NCBI GenBank assembly: GCA_020722985.1 | Contig: DYJU01000002.1 | Coordinates: 1 to 61,610 of the forward strand | Source: Candidatus Methylomirabilis sp. | GTDB taxonomy: Bacteria > Oederibacteriota > PGYV01 > DYJU01 | DNA: 61,610 bases | Reading direction: 5' to 3' | In this document: positions 43,839 through 53,684 of the stretch, in pieces | Layout: the number at the start of each line of letters is the position of its first letter | How positions within the stretch are numbered: position 1 is the stretch's first letter | Program-made: the position numbers and the translations under genes | Notes under the pieces: model-generated | The model's input: only the letters and a program-made list of their open reading frames with translations | Databases searched by the model: none | Told to the model about the DNA's origin: nothing

Positions 43839-44219
43839 TTATTCTATTTCAACTGCAGCACCAACCTCTTCAAGTTTAGCTTTAATCTTTTCAGCTTCTT
43901 CTTTAGTAGCTCCTGCTTTTATTGGTTTGGGAGCATTGTCAACAAGATCTTTTGCTTCTTTTAAACCTAAATTTGTAAGTTCTCTTACAACTTTAATAAC
44001 TTGAATTTTTTTGTCACCGACGTTAGATAAAATAACATCAAAAGATGTTTGCTCTTCTGCCTGAGCGGCTACCTGTCCTGCAGTAGGTGCAACTCCCATC
44101 ATTACATGAGCAGCAGCAGAAACACCAAATTTTTCTTCCAGCGCTTTTACCAGTTCATTCAACTCCACAACACTCATTGATTCTATTTCCTTGATAAAAT
44201 CTTCTTTTGACATGGCCAT
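43839..44219 (-). CDS. rplL: Ribosomal protein bL12 (L7/L12).
   Basis: ...[14 protein letters not shown]...[19 protein letters not shown]. Confidence 0.96.
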   Translation of the reverse strand: MAMSKEDFIKEIESMSVVELNELVKALEEKFGVSAAAHVMMGVAPTAGQVAAQAEEQTSFDVILSNVGDKKIQVIKVVRELTNLGLKEAKDLVDNAPKPIKAGATKEEAEKIKAKLEEVGAAVEIE

Positions 44220-44247
44220 TTTATGCCACCTCCTTAAAATATTTTTT

Positions 44248-44775
44248 TTAAGATTTTTTTTCTTTTTTATCTGTAATTGCTTTCAAAACATAAACTATAT
44301 TTTTCTTTGGTCCTGCCAACACATTAACCAGTTTAACTATTGGTTGATTTATCAACATAACAAGTTTTGCTATGAGTTCTTCTTTTGAACTTAACTTTGA
44401 AATTTCATTTATTTCATCTATTGTGCACGATTTTTGTTCAATATATCCTCCTTTTATTTTTAATGCTTCATTTTCTTTTACAAAAGCAGTTAAAATCTTT
44501 ATTGCAGCAATATAATCTTTACAAAACACAATACCGGTAACACCAGAAAAATAATTTTTTAAATTGCTGTTAATTTTTAATTCATCAAGGACTCTTTTAG
44601 ATAAAGTATTTTTTATTACTTTATATTCCGCACCAACTTTTTCCAGTTCTCTTCTTAATGCATTTATCTGTTTAACCTTTAAACCCTGATAATCAGTAAT
44701 TATAACTCCCGAAGATTCTCTAAATTTTGTTATTGTATCTTTTACTATAATTTTTTTTCTTTCTATATTACCCAT
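44248..44775 (-). CDS. rplJ: Ribosomal protein uL10.
   Basis: Position between rplA and rplL. The start is placed at ATG 44775 (MGNIERKK), after the rplA stop. Confidence 0.9.
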   Translation of the reverse strand: MGNIERKKIIVKDTITKFRESSGVIITDYQGLKVKQINALRRELEKVGAEYKVIKNTLSKRVLDELKINSNLKNYFSGVTGIVFCKDYIAAIKILTAFVKENEALKIKGGYIEQKSCTIDEINEISKLSSKEELIAKLVMLINQPIVKLVNVLAGPKKNIVYVLKAITDKKEKKS

Positions 44776-44797
44776 ATTTAATTTATTACTCCTTTCA

Positions 44798-45490
44798 TTA
44801 CAAATATTTTTTAAAATCAATCTGTAATCCGATCCCCATTGTTGAAGATAAAAACATTGACTTTATATACTGCCCTTTTGTTGCAAGAGGAGGTAATTTA
44901 AGAAAAAATTTAATAAATGCTTCTATATTTTCAATTAATTTTTTTTCATCAAAGGAAACTTTGCCAACGCTTAAATGAATAACTCCTTCTTTGTTGTTTC
45001 TGAATTCAACTTTCCCGGCTTTAAACTCATTTATTGCCTTTTTAAGTTCAAAAGTAACTGTGCCAGATTTTGGATTTGGCATTAGTCCTTTAGTTCCCAA
45101 TATCTTGCCTAATTTCCCTACTTCTTTCATTATATCTGGTGTGGCAATAACAATATCAAAATCAACCCAACCTGTTTTCACTTTTTCTATCATATCTTCT
45201 GCACCTACATAATCAGCACCAGCTTCCCGAGCTTCTTTTTCCTTTTCACCCTTAGCAAAAACAAGTATTTTTATTTTTTTACCAGTCCCGTTTGGTAAAA
45301 CTATTGTATTTCTTATCTGTTGTTCTGCCTGTTTAGGCGGTTTTGCTAAATTCACAGATATATCTACACTTTCATCAAATTTTGCGTTAGCAGTTTCTTT
45401 AATCAATTTAACTGTTTCTTCAACACTATATATTTTACTAGTATCAACTTTTTTTTGTAGTTCTCTATGTCTTTTGCTTGCAACCTTCAT
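44798..45490 (-). CDS. rplA: Ribosomal protein uL1.
   Basis: FDESVDISVNL...GKILGTKGLMPNPKSGTV. Confidence 0.95.
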   Translation of the reverse strand: MKVASKRHRELQKKVDTSKIYSVEETVKLIKETANAKFDESVDISVNLAKPPKQAEQQIRNTIVLPNGTGKKIKILVFAKGEKEKEAREAGADYVGAEDMIEKVKTGWVDFDIVIATPDIMKEVGKLGKILGTKGLMPNPKSGTVTFELKKAINEFKAGKVEFRNNKEGVIHLSVGKVSFDEKKLIENIEAFIKFFLKLPPLATKGQYIKSMFLSSTMGIGLQIDFKKYL

Positions 45491-45520
45491 TTTTTGCTCT
45501 CCTTTTTAAGTTCTTAAAAT

Positions 45521-45970
45521 TCATTCAATAATTATTCCCATATTCTTTGCTGTGCCTTCTACCATTTTTATAGCTGACTCAAATTTTGTTGTATTTAAAT
45601 CCGGCATTTTTAATTTCGCAATCTCTTCTATCTGCTTGCGGGTTACTTTACCAACTTTTGTCTTGTTGGGTTCATTTGACCCTTTTATAATATTTGCACT
45701 TTTTTTTAGAAGTTCTGCAACAGGCGGTGTTTTCATAATAAAAGTAAAAGACCTATCTTCATAAATATCAATTACAACCGGAATTATAGTATCGCCTTTA
45801 TCTTTTGTTTTGTCATTAAATTGTTTGCAAAATTCCATTATATTAACCCCATGCTGTCCGAGCGCTGGTCCTATAGGTGGAGCAGGATTTGCTTTTCCCG
45901 CGGCAACCTGTAATTTAACCTGAACTAATAATTTCTTTTTTTTGCCTGATTTTGGTTTTGCATCTGCCAT
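45521..45970 (-). CDS. rplK: Ribosomal protein uL11.
   Basis: [29 protein letters not shown]. Confidence 0.96.
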   Translation of the reverse strand: MADAKPKSGKKKKLLVQVKLQVAAGKANPAPPIGPALGQHGVNIMEFCKQFNDKTKDKGDTIIPVVIDIYEDRSFTFIMKTPPVAELLKKSANIIKGSNEPNKTKVGKVTRKQIEEIAKLKMPDLNTTKFESAIKMVEGTAKNMGIIIE

Positions 45971-45993
45971 AACATAACTCCTTAAAATATTAT

Positions 45994-46545
45994 TTATACA
46001 ATTTTCTCAACCTGTGCAAATTCCAGTTCCACAGGCGTTGGTCTTCCAAAAACTGTTACAACAACTTTCATTTTTCCTTTTTCAGGTGTTACTTCTTCTA
46101 CAACACCGTTAAAATTCATAAAAGGTCCTTCTGCTATTTTTACATGATCGCCAACATCAAAATAAGAAGCCATACGAGGTTTCTTTTTTCTATCTTCCAT
46201 AAGTGACATAATTTCATTAACTTCTTTATCAGATAAAGGTATAGGTCTTGCTTTTGTTCCGACAAATCCTGTAACTTTTGGTGTATGTCTTAAAATATAC
46301 AAAATTTCTTTACCTTCTTCTGTATCAATATCAATATCCATTTCAATAAGAATATAACCTGGGAAAAATTTTCTATTTTTTATAACTTTTTTCTTTTTTC
46401 TTATTTCCGTCACATCTTCTGAAGGAATAATTATATTAAAAATTTTATCTTTTAACTTATAAGTATCCACTCTCTGTTCTAAATTTTCTTTAACTTTATT
46501 TTCCTGTCCTGCATAAGTGCTTATTATATACCATTTCTTCGCCAT
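45994..46545 (-). CDS. nusG: Transcription termination/antitermination factor NusG.
   Basis: [19 protein letters not shown], and a C-terminal KOW domain [21 protein letters not shown]. Confidence 0.94.
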   Translation of the reverse strand: MAKKWYIISTYAGQENKVKENLEQRVDTYKLKDKIFNIIIPSEDVTEIRKKKKVIKNRKFFPGYILIEMDIDIDTEEGKEILYILRHTPKVTGFVGTKARPIPLSDKEVNEIMSLMEDRKKKPRMASYFDVGDHVKIAEGPFMNFNGVVEEVTPEKGKMKVVVTVFGRPTPVELEFAQVEKIV

Positions 46546-46557
46546 AAATTAATCACC

Positions 46558-46740
46558 TTATTTGAAAATTATTTTAACTAATTTGGCTAATATAAAATCA
46601 ACAATACCAATGTATATCATTAAAATTAAACTTAAAATAATAACAATTAAAGTTGATGCCAATATCTCTTTTTTCCCTGGCCATGTTACCTTTTTTAATT
46701 CCAACCAGGATATTCTGATAAATTCAATTATTTTTTGCAT
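46558..46740 (-). CDS. secE: Preprotein translocase subunit SecE.
   Basis: A 60-aa single-TM protein with ELKKVTWP, immediately upstream of nusG. Confidence 0.88.
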   Translation of the reverse strand: MQKIIEFIRISWLELKKVTWPGKKEILASTLIVIILSLILMIYIGIVDFILAKLVKIIFK

Positions 46741-46841
46741 TTTAAACCTTTCTTAATTTAAATTATTCCGAACTCAGTCTCTTTACACATTCTTTTTTCT
46801 TATCAATGATGATCTTTCTTTTCTTTGCTGCCTTCATTTAC

Positions 46842-46917
46842 TGGCAGGCCAGGCAGGACTTGAACCTGCAACACTCGGTTTTGGAGACCGATACTCTGCC
46901 AATTGAGCTACTGGCCT
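46842..46917 (-). tRNA. tRNA-Trp (anticodon CCA), with an encoded 3' CCA.
   Basis: I folded the cloverleaf by hand from AGGCCAG-TA-GCTC..GAGT-A-TCGGT-CTCCAAA-ACCGA-GTGTT-GCAGG-TTCAAGT-CCTGC-CTGGCCT-G-CCA. Confidence 0.92.
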
Positions 46918-46989
46918 TTATTACTCTTTTATGATTGCCATTTACTAATTTATATTTTTTATTATCAAACAATCAATCAGCATAAACAA

Positions 46990-47139
46990 TTATTTAGTTT
47001 CTTTATGTATTGTGTGTTTGTTACAAAATTTACAATATTTTTTTATTTCAAGTTTTTCTGTATGTTTCTTTTTATTTTTAGTTAATGTGTAATTTCTTCT
47101 TTTACATTCAGAACAAGCCAGTGTAATTATTTCACGCAT
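46990..47139 (-). CDS. rpmG: Ribosomal protein bL33 (49 aa; too short for the ORF track).
   Basis: My translation is [49 protein letters not shown]. Confidence 0.92.
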   Translation of the reverse strand: MREIITLACSECKRRNYTLTKNKKKHTEKLEIKKYCKFCNKHTIHKETK

Positions 47140-47144
47140 ATTTT

Positions 47145-48382
47145 TTCCTTTTTATTTATTCAATAATATCAGTAATAATACCTGCTCCTACTGTCCTCCC
47201 GCCTTCTCTTATCGCAAACCTTAACTCCTTTTCCATCGCTATCGGCGTTATTAATTCTACTTCCATCTCAACGTTATCTCCAGGCATCACCATCTCTACT
47301 CCCTGCGGCAACTTTATTGACCCTGTTACATCTGTCGTCCTGAAATAAAACTGCGGCCTGTAATTGCTAAAAAATGGCGTATGCCTACCACCCTCATCCT
47401 TCGTCAATATATATACCTTCCCCTTGAATTTCTTATGCGGCGTTATTGAACCAGGCTTTGCTATTACCTGCCCTCTCTCTATCCCATCCTTCTCTACCCC
47501 CCTTAATAATAATCCTACATTGTCTCCGGCTATCCCTTCATCCAACAACTTCCTGAACATCTCTATCCCTGTTACTACCGTCTTATATGTATCTCTTATA
47601 CCCACTATCTCTACTTCTTCATTTAATTTTACCTTCCCCCTCTCTATCCTTCCTGTCGCTACTGTCCCTCTTCCTGTTATCGAAAATACATCCTCTACCG
47701 CCATTAAAAATGGCTTTTCTATCTCTCTCTTTGGCTCCGGTATATATGTGTCTAATGCTTCCATCAACTCTAATATCTTTTTTCCCCATTCCCCTTCTGG
47801 CTCCTGTAATGCCTTTATCGCTGACCCCCTTATCACCGGCACTTTATCCCCAGGAAATTCATACTTCTTCAATAAATCCCTTGTCTCCTCTTCTACTAAA
47901 TCTAATATCTCCGGATCTTCTACTAAATCTACCTTATTCAAAAATACTACTATATATGGCACTCCTACCTGCCTCGCCAACAATATATGTTCCCTCGTCT
48001 GTGGCATTGGACCGTCTGCCGCTGATACTACTAATATCGCTCCATCCATCTGCGCTGCTCCTGTTATCATATTCTTCACATAATCCGCATGCCCAGGACA
48101 ATCTACATGCGCATAATGCCTCTTCTCTGTCGAGTATTCTACATGGGATATCGCTATCGTTAATATCTTTGTCTCGTCTCTTCTCCCCTGCGCCGCTGAT
48201 GCCTTTGCTATCTCATCATATGATACATATTTCGATAATCCTTTCTTCTCCATTACTTTTGTCAATGCCGCTGTCAATGTCGTCTTACCATGATCAACAT
48301 GCCCTATTGTCCCTACGTTTACATGCGGCTTTGTCCTCTCAAATTTAGGTTTACTCATATCTCTTCCTCCTTGTTCCTTTAT
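47145..48382 (-). repeat. Exact ~1.24 kb duplicate containing tuf, copy B (partner at 31635-32872).
   Basis: Same evidence as copy A; the offset is 15510 nt. Confidence 0.85.
47156..48358 (-). CDS. tuf: Elongation factor Tu, copy B (tRNA-Thr/tuf/rpmG/secE position).
   Basis: Identical to copy A in all three listed translated frames. Confidence 0.97.
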   Translation of the reverse strand: MSKPKFERTKPHVNVGTIGHVDHGKTTLTAALTKVMEKKGLSKYVSYDEIAKASAAQGRRDETKILTIAISHVEYSTEKRHYAHVDCPGHADYVKNMITGAAQMDGAILVVSAADGPMPQTREHILLARQVGVPYIVVFLNKVDLVEDPEILDLVEEETRDLLKKYEFPGDKVPVIRGSAIKALQEPEGEWGKKILELMEALDTYIPEPKREIEKPFLMAVEDVFSITGRGTVATGRIERGKVKLNEEVEIVGIRDTYKTVVTGIEMFRKLLDEGIAGDNVGLLLRGVEKDGIERGQVIAKPGSITPHKKFKGKVYILTKDEGGRHTPFFSNYRPQFYFRTTDVTGSIKLPQGVEMVMPGDNVEMEVELITPIAMEKELRFAIREGGRTVGAGIITDIIE

Positions 48383-48429
48383 TCTTTTAAATATATATTT
48401 TTAATTTTAATTCTTTCTTTAAATTTTCC

Positions 48430-48506
<77 letters not shown>

Positions 48507-48628
48507 AAAAAAATGTTATTTTTCTTGCCTAAAATTTTAAAATAAAAAAAAATAGAATAATATTACTATAGAAAAATTTTTAATTTTCCTTGAATTAAAA
48601 TAGTTTAATAATCTTAAAATGTTTGTAA

Positions 48629-48657
48629 AATATATCAAAATTGTATTTTATTGTCAA
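48629..48657 (-). promoter_or_regulatory. Sigma70-like promoter, TTGACA-17nt-TATATT, upstream of tRNA-Thr/tuf.
   Basis: The hexamers are read on the minus strand about 125 nt upstream of the tRNA. AT-rich sequence makes chance matches possible. Confidence 0.35.
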
Positions 48658-48886
48658 GTATTTTTTTATGTAATTAGTTGCAATAATTCAATTATTATAG
48701 CGTAATAGTTATTTTATAGAGAATTTTGATTTTATAAAAAGAATAATATCAAAACCATATGTAGATATTATTAATAAAAATAAATGAGTATATGCTTATA
48801 TAGATTTAACCATAAATTATAAGACAATGTAAATTCATCTTATTTTAATTCTTGACTTTAAAAATAAAAACAGTAATAATTTCATT

Positions 48887-50059
48887 ATGAAAAAAAATAA
48901 AAAAATAATTGCATTCATAGCAAATGGATTTGGTCTCTCTCCTGTTTTAAGCGGAGGCGAAGTAAGATTATTTAATTTATTAAAAAGAGTTAAAAAAAAT
49001 TGGGTATCTATTTTGCTTACAACTTCAGGCGGTTTTAAGGCATCTGAGAATTTTTTTAAAAAAATAAAATTTAATGTCATAAATATTAGATGCTCTTTTT
49101 TTTTAAAAAAGGAATATTTTTCATTGCAAAGATTATCGGGATATTTCATATCAGCCCTTGATACTTTTTTTAAATTAAAAAAAATTAACGTAGATGCGAT
49201 TTATACGAGTTCAGATTTTATTTGCGATATTATTCCAGCATATCTTTTAAAAAGAAAAAAAAATTATATAAAGTGGTTTGCCATGCTTCATCATAAATAT
49301 ATAAATCCATTTTTAAGGCCAGGAAATTTTATTAAAAATTTCATTCTTTATACAATGCAAAATTTAACATTAAAATTAATCGCACAAAAAGCAGATTGTG
49401 TATTTATTTTAGAAACACAGGAAGGTAAAGTAATTAAAAATTTTTTAATAAAAAATGGTTATAAAGGCAAGGTAATAAAAGTTAAAAATGGCATAAATAT
49501 TGAAAAAAATATTTTTTATAAAAATTTAAAAAAGGATAAAAATCTTTCTGTTTTTGTAGGTGGTATAAGAGCTACAAAAGGTATTTATGATATCATTCCT
49601 ATATGGCAAAAAATAATAAACTATAATAATTCATTAAAACTTATTATTATTGGCAAAGGCTCAAATGCCGATATGAATTTTTTAAAAAAAGAAATAAAAG
49701 AAAAAAAACTCACTTCAAATATTATTCTCGCAGGTTATTTAAACGAAAATAAACTAAAAGAATATTTTAAAAAATCATATATATTTTTCTTCCCTTCCCA
49801 TGAAGAAGGATGGGGTATTTCTATTTTAGAAGCACTTAAATATAAATGCATCCCTGTAACTTATGATCTGCCAGCATTTAAGATATTAAAAAAATACATT
49901 TATACCGTTCCCTGTTTTAATAAAGAAAAATTTGCAGAAAAATTTATTAAAATTATTAATTTACAAAAAAAATTTTTTATGCATCCTTCTTTTTTGAAAA
50001 ATTTTTCATGGGACGAAATTCTAAAAAAAGAAATAAATTATATTAGAAAATCTATCTGA
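48887..50059 (+). CDS. Family 4 (GT-B, GT1/GT4-type) glycosyltransferase.
   Basis: C-terminal motif FFPSHEEGWGISILEALKYKCIPV (EX7E). Confidence 0.8.
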   Translation: MKKNKKIIAFIANGFGLSPVLSGGEVRLFNLLKRVKKNWVSILLTTSGGFKASENFFKKIKFNVINIRCSFFLKKEYFSLQRLSGYFISALDTFFKLKKINVDAIYTSSDFICDIIPAYLLKRKKNYIKWFAMLHHKYINPFLRPGNFIKNFILYTMQNLTLKLIAQKADCVFILETQEGKVIKNFLIKNGYKGKVIKVKNGINIEKNIFYKNLKKDKNLSVFVGGIRATKGIYDIIPIWQKIINYNNSLKLIIIGKGSNADMNFLKKEIKEKKLTSNIILAGYLNENKLKEYFKKSYIFFFPSHEEGWGISILEALKYKCIPVTYDLPAFKILKKYIYTVPCFNKEKFAEKFIKIINLQKKFFMHPSFLKNFSWDEILKKEINYIRKSI

Positions 50060-50068
50060 AAAACCTAT

Positions 50069-51400
50069 TCATCGTGGTACAACTGAGACTTCGCTTGAGT
50101 ATTTACTTTCCCTTCCACTTTTATCAATCGTTGTTACAACAAAATAACATCTTAAACCACTTTTTAATGGTCCAACAGTTAAATAATATTTATTTATTGG
50201 ATTTTTATTTAATTTATGATATTTACCGCCTGGTTTATAACTTATATATACATTATATCCCTGTATTTTATCCTGTGTCTTTTTATCAATACTCCATGTT
50301 ACCACTATTTTTTTGGTCTGCGGTGTTAATTTTACAACTTTAGGTGGATTTATAGGTTGGGGTGTAGGTGTTGGTGTCGGTTCGCCAACACTTATTGTAA
50401 GCCCCATCCTGTGTGAATTCCCTAAGGTTCCATAAGGTATAAACGCATAATCAATTGTTGCATCAACCCCTTCAAAATTCTTTCTAATCCCACCACCTAC
50501 CGCAAGGCCTGCAAGTGCTCCTAAATCACTTATAAATTGCGCATTCCCATTAAATCTATAACCAACCCTTATTGAAAAATTAATATCAGAAATATTTGCT
50601 GTATAATCAATGCCTGTGTGCAGTTTAAAAGGCATGTTGGCAGGAACAATGGGTAAAATTCCATCTAAAGCAAATGTAAAATTATCTTTTGGATCCATCT
50701 CTGATGTAAATAATCTTTTTAATTTGTAACTTATACCAAATTTTAAGTTTAAAGGAAGCGGGGCATTGCTTAATTTCATATATGAAATATTTTGAAACAT
50801 AACACCTATATCAAAACCTTCTAAAAATGTTTTTGCTAAAATACCAAAATCTAATGCTGGTATCCATCCTTCTTCTATTGCTATTTTTTGGTTTATCATC
50901 TTTATAGTTGCACCAACAGAAAACATCTTTGCCGCCTGCCAACTATATGACAAACCTACAAGGGTTCCGCCAGCTCCATATACCTCTTCTCCACGGTCTG
51001 TTTTATACTCTTCAGAATAACTCCCATCAGGGTTTTCTTTTGTTTGAACAATATCCTGCACTCTTACAAGCATAGCAGTAATTCCAACTGTTCCCCATAT
51101 ATCTATTCCTAATTGCTCTGCTGGTTCAGCAAAGGCAAGGTATTCATAAGATGTCTCCCCAAGCGCTGAATGATGCATAAAAGTAAATTGTGGATTTATA
51201 ACTCTGACCAGTGCTCCTGGATTCCACCAGACAGCATCTACATTATCAACTGCAGCAGTATATGCTTCTCCCATTGCGCATGGCTTTGCACTTACTCCTA
51301 AATTAAGATATGGTGCTGCTGTTACACCACCATATTCTGCTGAAAAAATTTGATTAAATATTATAAAAACAAAAGAAAAATATAAAATTATTTTTTTCAT
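50069..51400 (-). CDS. PorV/FadL-like outer-membrane beta-barrel protein with a Pro/Thr linker and a C-terminal fibronectin-III-like domain.
   Basis: Signal peptide, then N-terminal YLNLGVSAKPCAMGEAYTAAVDNVDAVWWNPGAL. Alternating beta-strand pattern, EPTPTPTPQPINPP linker, and an FN3-like tail (VTWSI...GYNVYISY...YFVVTTIDKSGRES). Confidence 0.5.
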   Translation of the reverse strand: MKKIILYFSFVFIIFNQIFSAEYGGVTAAPYLNLGVSAKPCAMGEAYTAAVDNVDAVWWNPGALVRVINPQFTFMHHSALGETSYEYLAFAEPAEQLGIDIWGTVGITAMLVRVQDIVQTKENPDGSYSEEYKTDRGEEVYGAGGTLVGLSYSWQAAKMFSVGATIKMINQKIAIEEGWIPALDFGILAKTFLEGFDIGVMFQNISYMKLSNAPLPLNLKFGISYKLKRLFTSEMDPKDNFTFALDGILPIVPANMPFKLHTGIDYTANISDINFSIRVGYRFNGNAQFISDLGALAGLAVGGGIRKNFEGVDATIDYAFIPYGTLGNSHRMGLTISVGEPTPTPTPQPINPPKVVKLTPQTKKIVVTWSIDKKTQDKIQGYNVYISYKPGGKYHKLNKNPINKYYLTVGPLKSGLRCYFVVTTIDKSGRESKYSSEVSVVPR

Positions 51401-51423
51401 ACACTCTCCCTTTCTTTATATCA

Positions 51424-52971
51424 TTATTGATTTTTTTGATAGACTGGATCGCAACTATAACATACTATTATTCTTTTTGTATCTGTTTTACCATCTGGAG
51501 ATTGTAAAACAAGATAGTAAAGTCCTGTTACAACTTTTGTCCCGTTTTTATTCCTGCCATTCCATGTAAATCTACCTTTTGCTAAAGTATATTCCCCTTC
51601 ATTAACTAATGAACCATCCATTGCATATATTTTAACTTTTGTTTTATCAGGCACATTATCTACATAAAAATGCTTGCTACCCTTATCAGGATTAAATGGA
51701 TTAGGATAAACATACGCAGTAGTTACACTTTTTTCTTCTTCTGGTACAGGAGTTGTAGTGGGTGTTTCTGTTGGTGTTCCTGGTGTTATTGATGCTAATG
51801 CTGTTAAATCATAAGTAGGAGTTGATGTTGGCGGTCTCGGCGGTAAAGAAATACATACTTCTGTGGCATCCTCTAAAAGCCCTTCATTATAAGTAACATT
51901 AATTACATGAGTTGTAACTCCATCATATGTTCCAGGGCCGTTATCACAGGATATAACTTTATAACATGCAGTTATTGTATTACCTGTTGGATTTCCTTCT
52001 ATATCAATAAATACATTAGTGCCTGGTGAATTTCCTCTAAAATCAACTCCATAATAAGGACCGCCATCTATTGATTTATATAAATGATATGCAGATATTG
52101 GATATGTCCCTGTCTGTGCGGTCTGATTAAACTCAAGTTTTGCCGTAGCATAACCCAAACTATTATCAATGGAAATATTAACAGAAGATGGTGGCGAATT
52201 AGGTATTGCATCTGCGCCTATTGTTAAATAATCATAATATACTATTATTCTTCCCATATCGCCTGTTAAACCCCATTGTGAATAATCAACACTGCCAACA
52301 TCAGGCGCATGTATTGTAAAACTCTTTATATTTGTCGTGTCAAATCTATAACCATTTATTGTTTGATTCTTTAAATAATTAATTGATATAGCAAAATATT
52401 CATCCCATCTTCTATCATGTTCACAATTTAATGCCCTGCTTGCAGTAAAGGTTACTGAACCATCAAATATTGAAACAGGTTGATAAATTGTTTCAGGACA
52501 ATTATTCATATCAGAGTTTAAATAAACATAAAATACAACATAATCATAACAGGACCAGTCCTTTGCATTTGCAGGATCATAATTAGAATAATCTGGTAGA
52601 GGAGTTGGATTACACCCTACATTTTCAAAATAATCACTTTTTAATAAAATATACTGGCCTTCATTATTCCATCTTACCCTGCCTGCATTAACCCCATGAT
52701 AAGCACCATCTAATGGTGATGTGGGATAATTTAAATCACTAGTAATAGGCGTCCCACCTCCAACCAATGGTGGCGGAGCTCCATTTGCTTCCCATTTTGA
52801 TACATCGTTACTTCTGCCAATAGGTGGAGTAGGTTGCTCGGTAATAAAAGGATCAAATTCATTTACCAGCCCTTCTGTTCCTGGATATACACCAACAACA
52901 TAAGCAATAATTTTAATACCCAACACAATACTAATTATTATAATTATATAAGAAATTATGCTTTTTTTCAT
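51424..52971 (-). CDS. Secreted multidomain protein with a beta-sandwich/FN3-like region, a Pro/Thr linker and a C-terminal FlgD-Ig / T9SS-CTD-like domain.
   Basis: N-terminal hydrophobic anchor or signal, then TPGTPTETPTTTPVPEEE. The C-terminus is YVYPNPFNPDKG...VKIYAMDGSLV...FTWNGRNKNGTKVVTGLYYLVL. Confidence 0.55.
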   Translation of the reverse strand: MKKSIISYIIIIISIVLGIKIIAYVVGVYPGTEGLVNEFDPFITEQPTPPIGRSNDVSKWEANGAPPPLVGGGTPITSDLNYPTSPLDGAYHGVNAGRVRWNNEGQYILLKSDYFENVGCNPTPLPDYSNYDPANAKDWSCYDYVVFYVYLNSDMNNCPETIYQPVSIFDGSVTFTASRALNCEHDRRWDEYFAISINYLKNQTINGYRFDTTNIKSFTIHAPDVGSVDYSQWGLTGDMGRIIVYYDYLTIGADAIPNSPPSSVNISIDNSLGYATAKLEFNQTAQTGTYPISAYHLYKSIDGGPYYGVDFRGNSPGTNVFIDIEGNPTGNTITACYKVISCDNGPGTYDGVTTHVINVTYNEGLLEDATEVCISLPPRPPTSTPTYDLTALASITPGTPTETPTTTPVPEEEKSVTTAYVYPNPFNPDKGSKHFYVDNVPDKTKVKIYAMDGSLVNEGEYTLAKGRFTWNGRNKNGTKVVTGLYYLVLQSPDGKTDTKRIIVCYSCDPVYQKNQ

Positions 52972-53025
52972 TATGAAACTCCTTTCTGTTTCTGATTTAA
53001 ATTATATCATATTATTATTATATAG

Positions 53026-53682
53026 TCAAATTTTTCTTGCTTTTACTATAATACTTCGTCCCAATGATGGAAAAACTTTAGCAAGAAATTTTGATTTAAT
53101 GGTCCCTTTTGCATTAAAATTAATTTCATCTGATAAATATTTTTCTATTTTAAATCTATTATCTGATAATAGTTTAAAAAGTGTATCCTTTATAAAATAT
53201 CTAATATGTCCTGCTGAATCTTCCCTGAAATAATATTCAATATGCGGATTTTTGCCCAATAATAAAAGTATTCTTCTTCCAAAAGTTGCAAGATTAGGAG
53301 TTGTTATTATAACATATCCCCCTTTTCTTAATTTTTTCCTGACATTTTGTAAAAATTTATCAGTATCATAAATATGCTCAATAATTTCTCCCAAAATTAT
53401 TCCATCAAAAAAATTATTTTTAAAAGGTATACTTTTTTGAATATCTGCAACCCTTGCAATAATTCCCTTTTTCCGCGTATTATTAATTGCGCCTTTTGAA
53501 AAATCAATTCCATAAACTACATTTCCTTTATCCTTTATTTTTTTACCTATTAATCCTGTCCCACAACCAACATCAAGAATCCTTTCCCCTGTCCCTGTTA
53601 ATTCAACTATCTTTTCTATACGTTCTTTATCACCCGGAATAAAATCCGCATATCTTTTTTCTATAATTTTTTTTTCTTTCAT
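53026..53682 (-). CDS. Class I SAM-dependent methyltransferase.
   Basis: Motif I RILDVGCGTGLIG, and post-I VYGIDFS. Confidence 0.85.
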   Translation of the reverse strand: MKEKKIIEKRYADFIPGDKERIEKIVELTGTGERILDVGCGTGLIGKKIKDKGNVVYGIDFSKGAINNTRKKGIIARVADIQKSIPFKNNFFDGIILGEIIEHIYDTDKFLQNVRKKLRKGGYVIITTPNLATFGRRILLLLGKNPHIEYYFREDSAGHIRYFIKDTLFKLLSDNRFKIEKYLSDEINFNAKGTIKSKFLAKVFPSLGRSIIVKARKI

Positions 53683-53684
53683 AT

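Noticed and set aside
48835-49149. 104-aa minus-strand ORF opposite the GT4 gene start.
   Set aside because: It is antisense to a credible glycosyltransferase N-terminus in very AT-rich sequence, with no recognisable features.
50343-50386. Short tandem repeats (the PT-linker coding repeat here, and the EK repeat at 16417-16460) as possible CRISPR or other repeat arrays.
   Set aside because: They are in-frame coding microsatellites only a few units long, with no spacer structure. No CRISPR-like array was seen anywhere in the window.
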